A stretch of DNA of 64,000 nucleotides from Zygnema circumcarinatum SAG 698-1b (lineage: Eukaryota > Plantae > Zygnematophyceae), in the NCBI GenBank assembly GCA_037447605.1, contig CM074811.1:3472001-3536000 (forward strand), in the 5' to 3' direction. This document shows positions 13,877-26,514 of the stretch, one piece after another. How positions within the stretch are numbered: the stretch's first letter is position 1; the number at the start of each line of letters is the position of its first letter. The position numbers and the translations under genes are program-made. Under the pieces are notes generated by a model. It had not been told where the DNA came from, did not search any database, and saw only the letters and a list, made by a program, of their open reading frames with translations.

Positions 13877-16284
13877 ATGGCCGCCGTCTCTCTCTCGCTC
13901 TCTGCTTCTCTCCTTCCCTCCACTCTGCGGGAAAGGCCGTCCGCCGCCATGACTTCCGGTGCTCTTGCCTCGGCTCCGCTCTCTCCTGTCATCTTGGAAG
14001 GCCGCCATGGCATGTTCTTGAAGCCTACTTCTGCCTTGGATAAGGCTTCTTCCCCAGCATTCCGCCGTGGATTCCCGGCTTTAAAAAGGCGCCACGCAGG
14101 TGCGGTGCAGGCAGGGCTCCTGGACTTCTTGACGAAGCCAAAAAAGGCTTTGGAGGAGAAGAAGGCGAAGGAGAGGGAAGAGCTCAAGGCGGAGATTCTG
14201 GAACTCGTGAAGCCTCTTGATAGGGGGGCGGAAGCGAGCCCGGAGGACGAGGAAGAGGTTGAGCAGGTGCGATGTTCTCTCAATGTTTTTGTGGTGTTAG
14301 AATGACGGTGGCAGCTGTTGATCCTTGTGTAGCAAGGAATATTTTGGTAAATGGCGAGAGCAATGTCAGATAGTGTTGTTTCTGCCGTTTTTTTCATTGT
14401 TTTTTTCGCGTTTTCATGTGGATGATGCTTCTAAGCTGGAGTTTCTTACCGTTACAATTCACTCGCGAAGATCTGCTGGTTTGGTCCGTCCATTCTTCGA
14501 TTTTTTTTTTTCTACATTAACTGCTTGTGTGGGCTTAGGGTAATTCAAATACTTATGCCACAGTATCTGTGTAGACATATGCATGTATGTGCCCACTGAT
14601 GTATGTATGTAAAGCATACGCGCATTCTATGTGTGTATGTAAACGACTCCTTTTTTCTCCCTTTATAACATTTCTTGAACCGCACCCTTTTGCAGATTGT
14701 TCAGAGGCTGGAAGCTTTGAACCCGACTAAGGATCCTGTGCGCTCGCCCCTTATAAATGGCAAGTGGGAGCTACAATATACAACATCCAGTTCCATTTCT
14801 AAAAAAAACGTAAGAAGTAAACTATCTCTGATAATGCACGTCGTGGCATCCTTTGGCTTCACTTCGTTTCTTGGGAATGTCCTTTGCAACATTCGGAAGC
14901 GTCTTTGCATCATATGATATGGCTTATTCTGCAGCAATATTCTCCTCTGAAGAACTTACGCATTTGATTTTTTTACCTGGAGTGAAAAACTGCTTTCCTT
15001 GTTTGTTTCCAATGGCTATTAACAGGCGACGTTTTTTCCTTGGATCACTTCTTTTCTTAACGAAAAGTCAATTGCTTTAACATCTGTTTTTTTTCAAACG
15101 TTCTCAATGCAGCTCCCAAAGTTGCTGCGGCAAAAGGGGCCTATTTATCAATGTCTTGATACGGAGACACTACAAGCAAGGAACATAGAGACATGGCCCT
15201 TCTATAATCAGGTTCGTGGTGGTAGGCTACCCCGAACCTTTTTTATACTGAAAAAGTCTGGCTTTAGTAATAACTTTTAGGTCAAATTGCCAGACGTCTA
15301 GTGCATGTGATTTGCTTGACGTTAATGGTTGTAGGTTTCTAGTCCATTATCTGCATTTTCATCGGCATGTAGAACACCTTATTGACCTGCACTTTGCAAC
15401 TCTGGCCCTTGCGTTAACAGCTATTACTTTTTGATAAAAGGCTGGCATCGAAGCATTCAGAAATAAATCAATCGATGGAATATTTTTTACCCTCCCTCTT
15501 CACCTTTTTTTTCCTTGTTTTTTCTTTTCCACGGCCTCAGGTGCAAGCCACTCTCACTCCACTTTCTGGCACTGAAGTGGATGTGAAGTTTGACTATTTC
15601 AAGATTGCAGGATTGGTGAGCGCACTTTCTTTGTTGTTGTTGTTGTTGTTAACTATATTGGATTTGTTCCCTTCAGTTTTTCTGTGGATAGGAAAGGATC
15701 CTGAGAGTATGCTGGCAAAATCTTGTGCTTTGTGGAGAGACTATAGGTAAGACAATTGCCCCATCTCATCCCTAAATGCTGTTTGTCCGGGCAAGCGTTG
15801 CAGATAAGCATTAAGGCACCGGAATCTTCCAGAGGGAGTTTGGAGATTACTTATCTTGACGACGAAGTGAGGTAAGCTCATAAGAAACACAGCAGGCTTG
15901 TGGTTCAGTTTTTTATTGATTATGGAAAGGGAAGGAGCTCGGCCTCCGTCAGTCTTTTTTTAGCAGTGTTTTGAAATCCTTGAAGACTATTCTGAGGGTT
16001 GATTACCATGGAAACGGCAACATTTTGCAAGACAAGGGAATTTCTGACACCAACAATATAATATGCCGTAATCGGTGCCTGTTTGCCCAGACTCCTCATT
16101 TGAATTGGTCGAGTGTATGGGAACCTTGTCGTTTCTCCTTCTATTTCTTCTCCCCGTCCTCTTCTGCTCCATTCTCTCCCTTTCTCATGTTCTTAAATGT
16201 CCGGATGTGAACAGAATTGCTCGCGGGAACCGCGGAAACCTTTTTATTCTGACCATGGTGGACCCCTTATACACAGTGCAGTAG
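13877..16284 (+). CDS. FBN3: Plastid lipid-associated protein / fibrillin, FBN3 (PAP4/5) type, chloroplast precursor
   Basis: Exons 13877-14266, 14696-14809, 15113-15211, 15541-15615, 15804-15871, 16215-16284 in frame. Motifs [77 protein letters not shown]. Ser/Ala-rich transit peptide. Confidence 0.93.
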
Positions 16285-17548
16285 AGTAAGAGGAACAGGT
16301 GCAGCCAATCTCATTTTTATTCTAAGTATCGGAGGACCCTGGGAGTAGAAGAGGCTATGGCCGCTTGCCACGACTTTTCCATTTACTGCACGTGCATTGA
16401 ATGCATGTGTATGGGTGGGAGGAGGTTACGGATGGAAGGAGTGGACGGATGAGAGGCTACCACAGGCACGCGCGCTCCAACCCTGACATGCAGAGATTAT
16501 TAGGATGCCATTAACTATGGCATCTCGCCTTTTTGAAAAACGAGGTTATTTCGAAATTAATTCCCTCTTATTGAAGTAGTGGTTCATTTTTTTGGCATCG
16601 AGTTTATCAAGATAGGAGAGGGGGGAGAAAAGGAGGCCCTTCCATTTGTGTGTTTTGATTCGTATGGTTTTGTTGAAAGGAATTTGGCGGAGCCTATGGA
16701 GCGCCGATTGATAAGTGGGGCTTTGTCTCAAAAAGACACGGTCATTCTGTCTTGGGCAGATGTACATTTGGTTTTTTTGTTCGTTTCTTATTCTCTGTAC
16801 CATTCTTTGGCAATCGTTATTCCAATTGAGTTTGTTTTGAACACGGAATGAGGGGACGTTCAGTCCGATGAGTGCGAGCCGTGAGGCATGGAATCATGGT
16901 ATCCTCAAGCTCATCTGGTTGCTGGCTTAGCTGATAATAGCATATCCCTCTCATGTCCCGGCATTTGTGGCGTAAAAATAGCAGATACTGCTTCTTCTAT
17001 CTCTGTACCGCCTGACGAATTCTGAATGGGGAGACATGCATCATGCATGCAACCACCCTTGACTCTCCTTCGCAAGTCCAAACATGACTTAAACTTGCAA
17101 AAAAAGAAACATCCTTAGTTCAATGCCAACTCACTCTCTCTTAAGTTCCAAATAAAGCTTCATGGCAACTCACATAATAATATAACTTAAGCCTGGAAGT
17201 GTCTTGGCCTTGAAACCTTTCACCGGTTGAAACTCGAAGCTCGTCAGAGTAAAGCATAAGCTACTCAAGCTTGCCCTTCTGATCTGTATCCTTAATTTCT
17301 GACACAGATTCCAAATGGTTTGATTTACCATGCTCACAACTTCATAAGTATACGCTACAGCCCCATCCCGACTCATCTCTCTCTCTCTTTCCCCACCGTC
17401 TTCCTTCAAGACGTACTGCACGGCGATTCGATTCCAAGCGGCATCGGTACATCGCTTTGAGTAGAAAGTGCAAACCCTAAAGTTGGAAATTCGAGATCTC
17501 AATGTCCGTTTAAAACTTTAGGTCTTTCTGCAGAGCAAGCATCCCTGC

Positions 17549-20500
17549 ATGGCCTGTTCCTGCTCCTGTACCGCCATACTCTTCTCTCCACTCAAATTGC
17601 TCCTACGCCAAAGCCGCACACCTGCAAAAGCTGCTGTTCCAAAGAGCGCAGTAAAGTCGCCGTTGCCGCCATCGTCCTTCTCTAGAGCGCTATCTGCCAT
17701 TTCAGTGCGCTTTTTCTCTACAAGAGTCGTCCCCTTGGCCTCAAGATTTCGATCAGGGCTTGCATTCGCATCCATGGCTGCTAGAAAGCCACCCGCGTTG
17801 CCACTTGCACCCCCTCCTCCGGGTGGAAAGGTATGCTAATGGTGGAATCTTCCGGCATTGCCATCTCTTGTTCTATCCGTGCACAGGCTACTTACTTTTT
17901 CCGTCCGTTTCCATTGCTCCATCTTGAGGTCTTCAGAAGTCACTGCTGTGGAGAAGAAGGTAAACAGTAATGGTATCCAAGAACGGCACACAGACAAATG
18001 CCCACCGGCCAATAGAATTCTGATTAAACTTGCACTGGACGTTTTCCAAACTTGTTGTCCTACGTGCTGGCGTGATAACGCTTTCAAACTCCTTTCCTTG
18101 TCTGATTCTTAGAACACCTTCATTATAAATTTTGGAGCAAGAGAAGTGCAGCTTCTTAGCTCATGCGGATGAAGCATTTCGAATCAAATTGACGATGCAT
18201 CCTTTCCTCGCTTACATTGCATCGTTCGAGCTTGCAGTCGTCATCTTCCTACATCATTATGCTAAGCAATTGCAGGAGAACCTGAGCAAAGTACGCCATT
18301 TCATTTGACGAAGCTGAGGTCAATTCAGGTGAAGCAAATGCATGGCTTGAATGCGGTAATTATCTCATGTTGGCTTCACTTTCCTGGTCTGTTCAGGTAA
18401 AGCTGGCTCTTTGTCAGCTCGCAGTAACAGATGACAAACTGAAGAACATTGCTCATGCAAAGGAGAAGATTGAGGAAGCTGCTGCTGCTGGCGCTCAGCT
18501 TGTTGTTCTGCCTGTAAGCAACGTACCTCACCGTATTGTTCCAATCCTAAAATGGGTCGATTGAATGGTGGACATGTTCTTAAAGTGTGGTCTGACTCTG
18601 GCGTACACTATCCACATTCGCTATTTTGGCTGAAAAGTGCCCTCATGCGTCATTGCCGTTGAGGTCTGCTGCAGGAAATGTGGAACTGTCCGTATTCTAA
18701 CGACAGTTTTCCTATATATGCGGAAAACATCGACGCGGGAGCGGAGGCATCTCCGTCCACAGCTATGCTCTCACAAGTTGCAAAAGAAGCCAAAATCACT
18801 CTTGTCGGTGGATCAATTCCTGAACGGCGCGATGGAAAACTATACAATACATGCTGCGTTTTTGGATCAGATGGAGAGCTCAAGGGAAAGTTTAGCAAGG
18901 TGAGACTTCCGCTTGAAGAGAAACTTTGAAAAAGCCCCCCAACGGGAACTGTCGGTCAGAAAATCAAGAAACAAGGACTTTACCTGCCATCCTCTGCAGT
19001 TTTTGAGGTGGAATGTAAAGAATGTAGCTGTTTTGAACCCTGTTCTTACTCAATGCCAGTATGGAGGGTGGGAGATCGCAGGTACACCTCTTTGATATCG
19101 ATATACCGGGACAGATCACTTTTAAAGAGTCGTTAACACTGACACCTGGCAGCGGCCCACTGGTTGTAGACACAGGTGCTTGTTCTCTATCTTGTGCAAG
19201 ATTGCCTCTGCTTCTAGCTATGTTAACAATTAGAACAGTTCTACAGGACTTTCCTATGAGGTAGCTTTACTTTCTTTCTCCGACAATCTCATTTTCGCAT
19301 AGATTTTAAAAAAATCACCTATTGCTATTGCCACAGTCTCGAGAAATAATACGAAGCAAACTGAAGTTGTAGTGATTTAGTTTGACTTTGATTTTAGCTG
19401 TAGTATAGCTCTCAGGAGGAAAGGCTCGGATGAAAGAGGGAAGGTTCAAGGAACTGAACGTAACTGATTCGTGAGTATAGTCTGCACCCCTTTTTTGCCC
19501 CGCTTTTTGTTTTCCGTCCTTAGGTCTTTCATGTAGATATGTTTCTACCTTACGTGTAAACTGTTTGCTTGACAGATGTTGGCCGTATTGGCATTGGAAT
19601 TTGTTATGACATTCGTTTTCCTGAGCTGGCAATGATCTACAATGCGAGAGGTAGGCCCATAATTCAAAGGCGGTTCGCTGGTGGTTTCAGTCATTAGTTT
19701 TTCCACTGACTAAACGATACTTTATGTGCACCTTTCTTCTTTTGTAGATGCCAATGCACAGAAACCACCTTGTTGTCTCTAAATTTTGTTTTTTTTCCCT
19801 TTCCTTCAGGAGTACATTTGATTTGTTACCCGGGAGCCTTCAACATGACTACAGGCCCCCTCCATTGGGAGCTTCTCCAAAGAGCGAGGTATTTGTTTTT
19901 CTGGCCAGTCCTGAATCTTGAATGGAGGACATTTAAAAGAAAATATAAGGACGTTTGCATGCTCAAATAGTAGCGATGATGTTTGTGAAACTGTGCTTCA
20001 TCATCACATCTTTTTGGCTATGACTCTTCAAAGGCTGCAATATCCTAAAACTCAAAATTGCCTCTTGTGGTCTGCTGGGAATCACCGCAGGGCCGTGGAC
20101 AACCAGGTGAGACTTCCTCTACTTCTACTCCACTACCTTCTCTCTCTCTCACTCTCCCTCCTCCTTATCTCATCTCTTATCTTATCTCTTATCTTCTTAT
20201 CTCTCCTTCTATTAATGTGGATCTCTGCTGCTATCTCTCCTCTCTCTTTCCCTTCATCTTTTCCATCTGTTCTCAAAGCCTATTCATCCTTCAGTCAGAT
20301 CCACCTTCTCGTTTGTCTCTCGTAGCGATCTGATTCTGTTTCCTTGTGTTTCTGCGCATCGTTTTCAGGTCTTTGTCGCGACTTGTTCGCCCGCACGTTC
20401 AGTGACCTCCTCCTACTCTGCATGGGGCCATTCCACTGTAGTGGGACCGGTAAGGTCACTTCATTTCAAGCATTTGCAGGAGAATACCCCAAAAAAAGTC

Positions 20501-21053
20501 AAATCAAATAAAGAGGTTTGAACTCAATGGTCTGTAAGCTTTTTACTTTTTGCACGTTTCAGAATTTATCAAGAAGTCCAAAGCTATAGGGCGCCCATTT
20601 CTCTGAGAGTCTTCCACTTCTATGTTTTGAGATTCAAGAAGGAAAAAGTTGGAACCATTAGTTAGTCACTTCACTCTGATATAGTCATTGACAGCGGTAT
20701 TTCTGTGTATCAGTTTGCTGAAATTCTTGCCACAACGGAGCACGAGGAGGCAACGGTTTTTGCTGAGCTTGACTTCAGTGAGGTTGAGAGAAGGAGGTGA
20801 GACTCCGGACCATTCCCTCTTGTTGAATATTTTCCCAATTTCTGACATGTTTTTTTGCATTCAAGTCAGAGATCTTTCCCCCCCTTTCATGCTCCTCGTT
20901 TTAGTGGTGCTGAGCAGAGTAGAGTGTTGTTAAATTGGAGGGAATATTCAGTACTGTGTTCCTGGTTGGTCGTTACATGGCAGAAAGAATTTACCCCTTG
21001 AAACGCAACGGCGCGGTGATATATACGAGCTTTCGGATTTACTTCGAGAATAA
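17549..21053 (+). CDS. NLP3: Omega-amidase (Nit2 / nitrilase-like protein 3), organellar precursor
   Basis: Exons 17549-17830, 18397-18513, 18675-18899, 19082-19175, 19576-19650, 19810-19888, 20091-20106, 20369-20449, 20714-20796, 20984-21053 in frame. Catalytic E (LPEMWN), K ([11 protein letters not shown]) and C ([11 protein letters not shown]); also [30 protein letters not shown] and QRRGDIY. Confidence 0.95.
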
Positions 21054-21174
21054 GGGGGGGTGGTTTCGCCACAATATGGTAAATCATTTCCATGCGTTTC
21101 TCACTTGTAACCCAATTCTGAGAAGTTGAATTACCTCCCAACCCCCCTATGGCCAAACCCCTACCTTCAAGTCC

Positions 21175-21750
21175 GCCCATTTTGACTTTCTCCAACTTTC
21201 TCCCTCTTCCAACAACTGCTACCACTCTTTCTTCCCCTTCCAAGAACGCGCCCTCTCCCAACATTTCTTGCCTTTTCAGGGATTGGGATGTGTGGTGAAT
21301 AGGCGAAGCAAAGCACAGGAGCAAGGAGCTCATGTTCGGGTATTTCTGCTTCGTTTGGCGCAGGGTTGAGGGGCTGCTTGGCGCTGCATGATGGCGGAGG
21401 ACGAGAGGGCCCATGTGACCTTCGACTGTGGAGACTCCGAATGGACCTTTTTTAAGTACAGGACGGAAGCAATAATGCTCACTTCGAGTGTGAACACGCG
21501 CTGCAGCGAATTGGTGTCACATTGTTTTCATAGTGTTGGAAGAACGTGGATTTTAAGTAATAAATAAATATAAAAAAACCCACGATGCCCATGGCTGCTA
21601 CTTCGGCGGTGTTGCAGCAGTCGCTTGGCTCAGCGCCTCCGGCCCTTCTTTCCTGCGCTGTAATTTGCCGGAAATTGAAAACCAGAAACTAGAGATAGTC
21701 AGATTCTGCCATAAGGTGAGGAGTCATGAGGTCATGAGTCGGCCACCCTC
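21175..21750. repeat. Dispersed repeat, also present at about 47975-48405
   Basis: Blocks 21180-21325 and 21490-21750 closely match 47980-48125 and 48135-48405. The second copy is part of an insertion upstream of fasciclin A; a related block at 47850-47940 recurs at 55366-55460. Confidence 0.8.
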
Positions 21751-22018
21751 TCCATGCCCATGCCCATGCCCATGCCTTTTTTGCGTTGCCGTAGGCAAAA
21801 GCTTAGCCATCGTTTTCATCCGTACGACGGGTTCGATTAGGTTGTCAAAGATTAATTTAATGAAAATGGGGTATAGTTGCCGCGAGTCTGACGTTGCCAC
21901 GTCGCGCGTTCGGATTTGTTGTGCTTTTCGTTGGATCGAATGCGCAGAAAATGGGGTATATCGCGTAACCATTCTGTCATTGCCACGTGTCGTTTTCTAC
22001 GTACGATAGCGTTCGATT

Positions 22019-22912
22019 GGAAAATGATACAGCGGCCCCACTTTTTGGATATCAGCGCCCCATTTTGGGAAAAAATGTACTTTTTTTTTTGGCTAATTAC
22101 CCCCCCCTTGGATCTTTCGGGAGGAGAGATCTTGTAGACAATCGGACCCCGCGCCTCGCGCGCAGGATCCGACCGTGCACCGACGTACGGCGCCGCGCAT
22201 CGCGGCGCGGCCCGGGAGATGCGGCGAGCCTACGGAAAAGTTGTCCTCACCTGACCCTTTTGGGTCAGAGGTTACCACGTGGCAGTCTGCCATTGGACAG
22301 CCCTGCTGCCGGTCCCCCATGCCGATACAGTGGACCCCCATAATATTTTCCACCTTGTACAGTGCGTCCCCAAGAAATTCGCCCCGATTTTGCCGAAACC
22401 ACCTTTTTGTACGGTAACTCAATGTTAACGTATTAGGGGTGTTAACCTAACCTGACCTATTCTCCAATACAAAATCTGCTAATCGAAACGACTTTCAAAC
22501 ATGGGTCACGCTTTTACGCTGTACGGTAAATACGAATAAAATCTCTAAGTCGTACGGTATACGTACGGCACCAATAGGAGCTTGTGTATCTAAATCACGA
22601 TACGATACGATACGTACGAACAGACATGAACTCTAACATAATACCGCTCGCCTATTGGTAACACGGACCTTATATTTGCAAATTACAATATTTTCCGTAG
22701 GCTCGCCGCATCTCGCGGGCCGCGCCGCGATGCGCGGCGCCGTACGTCGGTGCACGGTCGGATCCTGCGCGCGAGGCGCGGGGTCCGATTGTCTACAAGA
22801 TCTCTCCTCCCGAAAGATCCAAGGGGGGGGGGTGATTAGCCAAAAAAAAAGTACAATTTTTCCCAAAAGGGGGCGCCGATATCCAAAAAGTGGGGCCGCT
22901 GTATCATTTTCC
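22019..22912. mobile_element. Non-autonomous Mutator-like (MULE) element with about 220-bp TIRs
   Basis: TIRs GGAAAATGATACAGCGGCCCC... (22019-22239) and their reverse complement (22691-22912). Flanked by duplicated GTTCGATT (8 bp; 9 bp if one terminal C is assigned to the target). Empty site GCGTTCGATTTTGATG is visible in the sister repeat at 49754. Confidence 0.88.
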
Positions 22913-23373
22913 GTTCGATTTTGATGTTTTATGTGACGTACGGATTCGGTTAGGTTGTCAAAGATGAATTTAATGAAAATGGGGTATAGTTGCCGCGAGT
23001 CTGACGTTGCCACGTCAAGCGTCCTGATTGGTTGTGCGTTTCGTTGGATCGAATGCGCAGAAAATGGGGTATATCGCGTACCCATTCTGTCATTGCCACG
23101 TGTCGTTTTCTATGTGCGACAGCGTTCGGTTTAAATGTTTTACGGGACGTATTGTTGTAAATATGGTATGTGTTGCAGCGTGTTTAACGTGGCCACGTGG
23201 TGCATTCTTATTGGTAAGCACGAACGGATTGAGGTATACCTCTTATCCAGTCAGAAATTGCCACGTGGGTGCAGTAGTGTGTTTTTGGATCGTTTGTAGG
23301 AAATGGGGTATGTCGCTTATCCAGTCAGGTGTTGCCACGTAGCCCTAAAATGGGAAAAAAACCAAAAAAAAAC

Positions 23374-24110
23374 CACACAAACTGCGACGACAGAATGAGG
23401 CCTCATTCTGTCGTCGCAGTTTGTGTGTGGTTTTAAAAAAAAAAACATAATCAATCTAAATATTACAACATGAGGCCTCATGTTGTATTAATTAGTTTGA
23501 TTTTTTTTTTGTTTGTAAAAGTCACACACACACGCACACACACACACACACAAACACAGTCACACAGTCACAAAAAAAAAAAAAAAAAACAATCTTAATA
23601 TTACAACATTTGGCCTTATGTTGTAATATTGAGAGTGTTTTTTTTTTTTTTGGTTTGTTTAAAAAAAAACAATTTAAATATTACAACAAACCAAAAAAAA
23701 ACCACACACAAACTGCGACGACAGAATGAGGCCTCATTCTGTCTTCGCAGTTTAAAAAAAAAAAACATAATCAATCTAAATATCACAACATGATTGTATT
23801 AATTAGTTTGATTTTTTTTTTTTTTTGTTTGTAAAAGTCACACACGCAAATACACACACACAAAAACACAGTCACAGGGAAAAAAAAAAAAAAACAATCT
23901 TAATATTACAACATTTGGCCTTATCTTGTAATATTGAGAGTGTTTTTTTTTTTTTGGTTTGTTTAAAAAAAAAACAATTTAAATACTACAACAAACCAAA
24001 AAAAAACCACACACAAACTGCGACGACAGAATGAGGCCTCATTCTGTCTTCGCAGTTTAAAAAAAAAACATAATCAATCTAAATATTACAACATGACGCC
24101 TCATGTTGTA
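23374..24110. repeat. About 305-bp A-rich tandem repeat (3 copies) carrying GGCC-centred palindromes
   Basis: Perfect 54-bp palindrome at 23374-23427; near-perfect copies at about 23710-23753 and 24015-24058; smaller hairpins at 23465-23486 and 23595-23633. Confidence 0.85.
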
Positions 24111-25334
24111 TTAATTAGTTTGATTTTTTTTTTTTTTTTTTTTTTTTGTTTGTAAAAGTCACACACGCAAATACATACACACACAAACACCGGCACACAA
24201 ATGCACACATTCTCACACAGAAAAAAAAAAAAAACAACAAGAAAGCAAGAAAAAGAAAAAGAAAGATAAAAAGGGGAAGAAGAAAATGATGAAGAATGCG
24301 AACATCATTATCTCTAGGACCGGGTCCTTCCAAAATCTGTCCAGGGTTATTTGCTATACAACACATGAGTGTAAGCGTAAGTACGAACCTTTTTTCATCA
24401 AGATCTTATGTTTCCAAAATTTTTCGATCTTTTCGAACATCATCATCTCCAGGACCGGGTCCTTCCGAAATCTGTCCATGGTTATTTGCTATACAACATA
24501 TGAGTGAAGCGTAAGAACGAACCTTATGTACATCATGATCTCATCTTTACCATCTTATCTCAAGTTTTTTTTTTTTTGGTAATTTCCAAAACTTCCAAAA
24601 TTCCAATTTTCCATATGTCCAGCATTTCAAAATGTCCAGCTTTTCAAAATGTCCAGCTTTTCAATATGTCTAGCGTTTCCATATGTCCAGCAAAATCTTT
24701 AAAGTCCGGAGGACTGGCCTGAGGACTGACTGACTAATGGACGGACAACCTAACTGGCTGACTCACTGACTGACAAACACAGACTGAATTTCTGAGTGAC
24801 TGACTGACTGACGGACTCACAAACTAGCCGACAGATTGACTGACTGACTGACTGACTTGTTAGTTAGTAGCCTCCCTCAACACCCTCCTTCCTCCTCCTC
24901 CTTCCTCAACAGCCTCTCCTTTTTCTTCCTTCGCCCTTCCACCATTCTCCCTTCCACCACACTCCATGTTTCTTCCTCCTCTTTCCTCCACCAATCATTA
25001 TTTGTCGGTTTTTTCCATTTCTCTGGTAGAAACTAAATCAGCAGCAACACAAGCAGCAGGAGCTGCAGAAGCAAAAGCAGTGGATCTGCAGCAACAAGAG
25101 TGTTGGTTACGGTACATTTCGGAACAATAGGGCAACAAGCATCAGCAGCAACTCTTCAGCTAGACAGGCGAGTGTAAGAAAATGGAAGTCGGGAGGACGT
25201 GAAGAACAGGGGAAGATGATATCGCGGTTGTTCCGTAACCGTTTTGTCATCGAAACGTCGTCAACGTCTCCGTACCCGCACGAAACGGCTCTATTTGGAC
25301 AATCGTCTTTGGACGATGATGTGTTCTTTTTTTT

Positions 25335-25541
25335 GGGTAGTGATATTTCCACCCCTTTTTTGGATCCAAACACCCCTTCCCGGCCGGGCAGATTTCAAAA
25401 GGGATTAAAAAAGGAAAATGCTTTTTTCACACCTTTTTGGAATATACCCACCTTCTTCCGTCGGCTGATTTTATTTTTGCTAACCAGGGAAAATGATACC
25501 CCGTCACCGCATTTTGAATACTGTATCCCGCCTCCCTGAAT
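25335..25541 (+). mobile_element. Left arm of a MULE-like foldback family (terminus GGGTAGTGATATTTCC), truncated by a later insertion
   Basis: Same arm at 36067, 37574 and 39258; reverse complement ends at 39250 and 43733. Confidence 0.7.
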
Positions 25542-26514
25542 TTTTTGCGTTGCCGTAGGCAAAAGCTTTGCGGTCGTTTTGATCCGTACGACGGGTTCGA
25601 TTTATTAAAGATTAATGTAATGAAAATGGGTTATAGTTGCCTCGAGTCTGACGTTGCCACGTCGCGCGTCCTGATTGGTTGTGTTGGAGTCTGGATCTGC
25701 TCGCTGCTCCCGGCGCCACCTCGCGTGTCGCCCTCCATTGGAACTCCGGTTCCCACCGATGAAGACATCTTCACTCTCTCTCACTCTATCTCACTTCACT
25801 CATAGCCCATAACTCACAGAATGAACGCAGAGACGAGCACAGCGGAAATCACACACGAGAGAGTATAGGAGAAAGCTCACGGCTCTAAAACTCCTTTATA
25901 ATAAGAATGTCACCCACATGAAGTTCTCCCTCCCCACTAGCTAGCCTCTCCCCCACTACCACCTTACATTACGCTGCAAGTGTTCTCAAAGAACACGAAA
26001 GCAGCAATGTAATACTGACTACAAAGAGTCTAATGTGGTTATCCTTCATAACAAAGCTAAACCCTATATACCGCCATGGCCGTGTTACGTGACATCTTCC
26101 TTGTTGACCAATGTCACGTCACGGCCGCCCTCATGCTCGGGCCAGCCTGTGCACGCTGCTCAACATCCAGCCTTGGCGGCTCCTTTCTCGCGAACCCACG
26201 CCAGCATCACCTAGTCGTCGTCTCGCATAGCCCGCCGCCCCATCTCAACTTGTCGCCCGCTCGGTGCCGTAACTCCGCCGCCGTCCGCACGCCGCCCGCC
26301 GCCGCTGGCACATGTTCGCTTTCAAGACCATATCTCAAGGCCGCCCGCGGACTTAAATCTCCGCCGCCGTGATATTTCCGCGCTGTTTACACTTGTCCGC
26401 TGTGTGGCCGCCGACTCGTCTCCTCGTAGTTGACCTCGCTGGCCAGGCCCGCTGGACCGCACTCCAAGGGCCCCATGTTCACCACATCACCCATTATCCT
26501 CCTCATGCCTCAAA

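Larger units (their letters stand above)
21777..24720 (+). mobile_element. Non-coding composite repeat element: tandem sub-repeats, A/CA-rich palindromic block and about 135-bp repeats; class unresolved
   Basis: Starts TTTTTGCGTTGCCGTAGGCAAAAGC, as at 25544 and 49523. Unit GAAAATGGGGTATAGTTGCCGCGAGTCTGACGTTGCCACGTCGCGCGT recurs at about 21865, 22975, 25623, 33208, 33418, 49607 and 49818. A second copy of the full architecture spans 25544-34305, interrupted by LTR elements. Confidence 0.65.

Noticed and set aside
17170-17502. Possible small gene divergent from NLP3 (telo-box AAACCCTAA at 17472-17480)
   Set aside because: No convincing ATG-initiated spliced model or recognisable motif could be built.
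24720-24870. (TGAC)n-rich tract (similar near 5830-5880) as a regulatory array
   Set aside because: Looks like a decayed tetranucleotide microsatellite at a repeat boundary.
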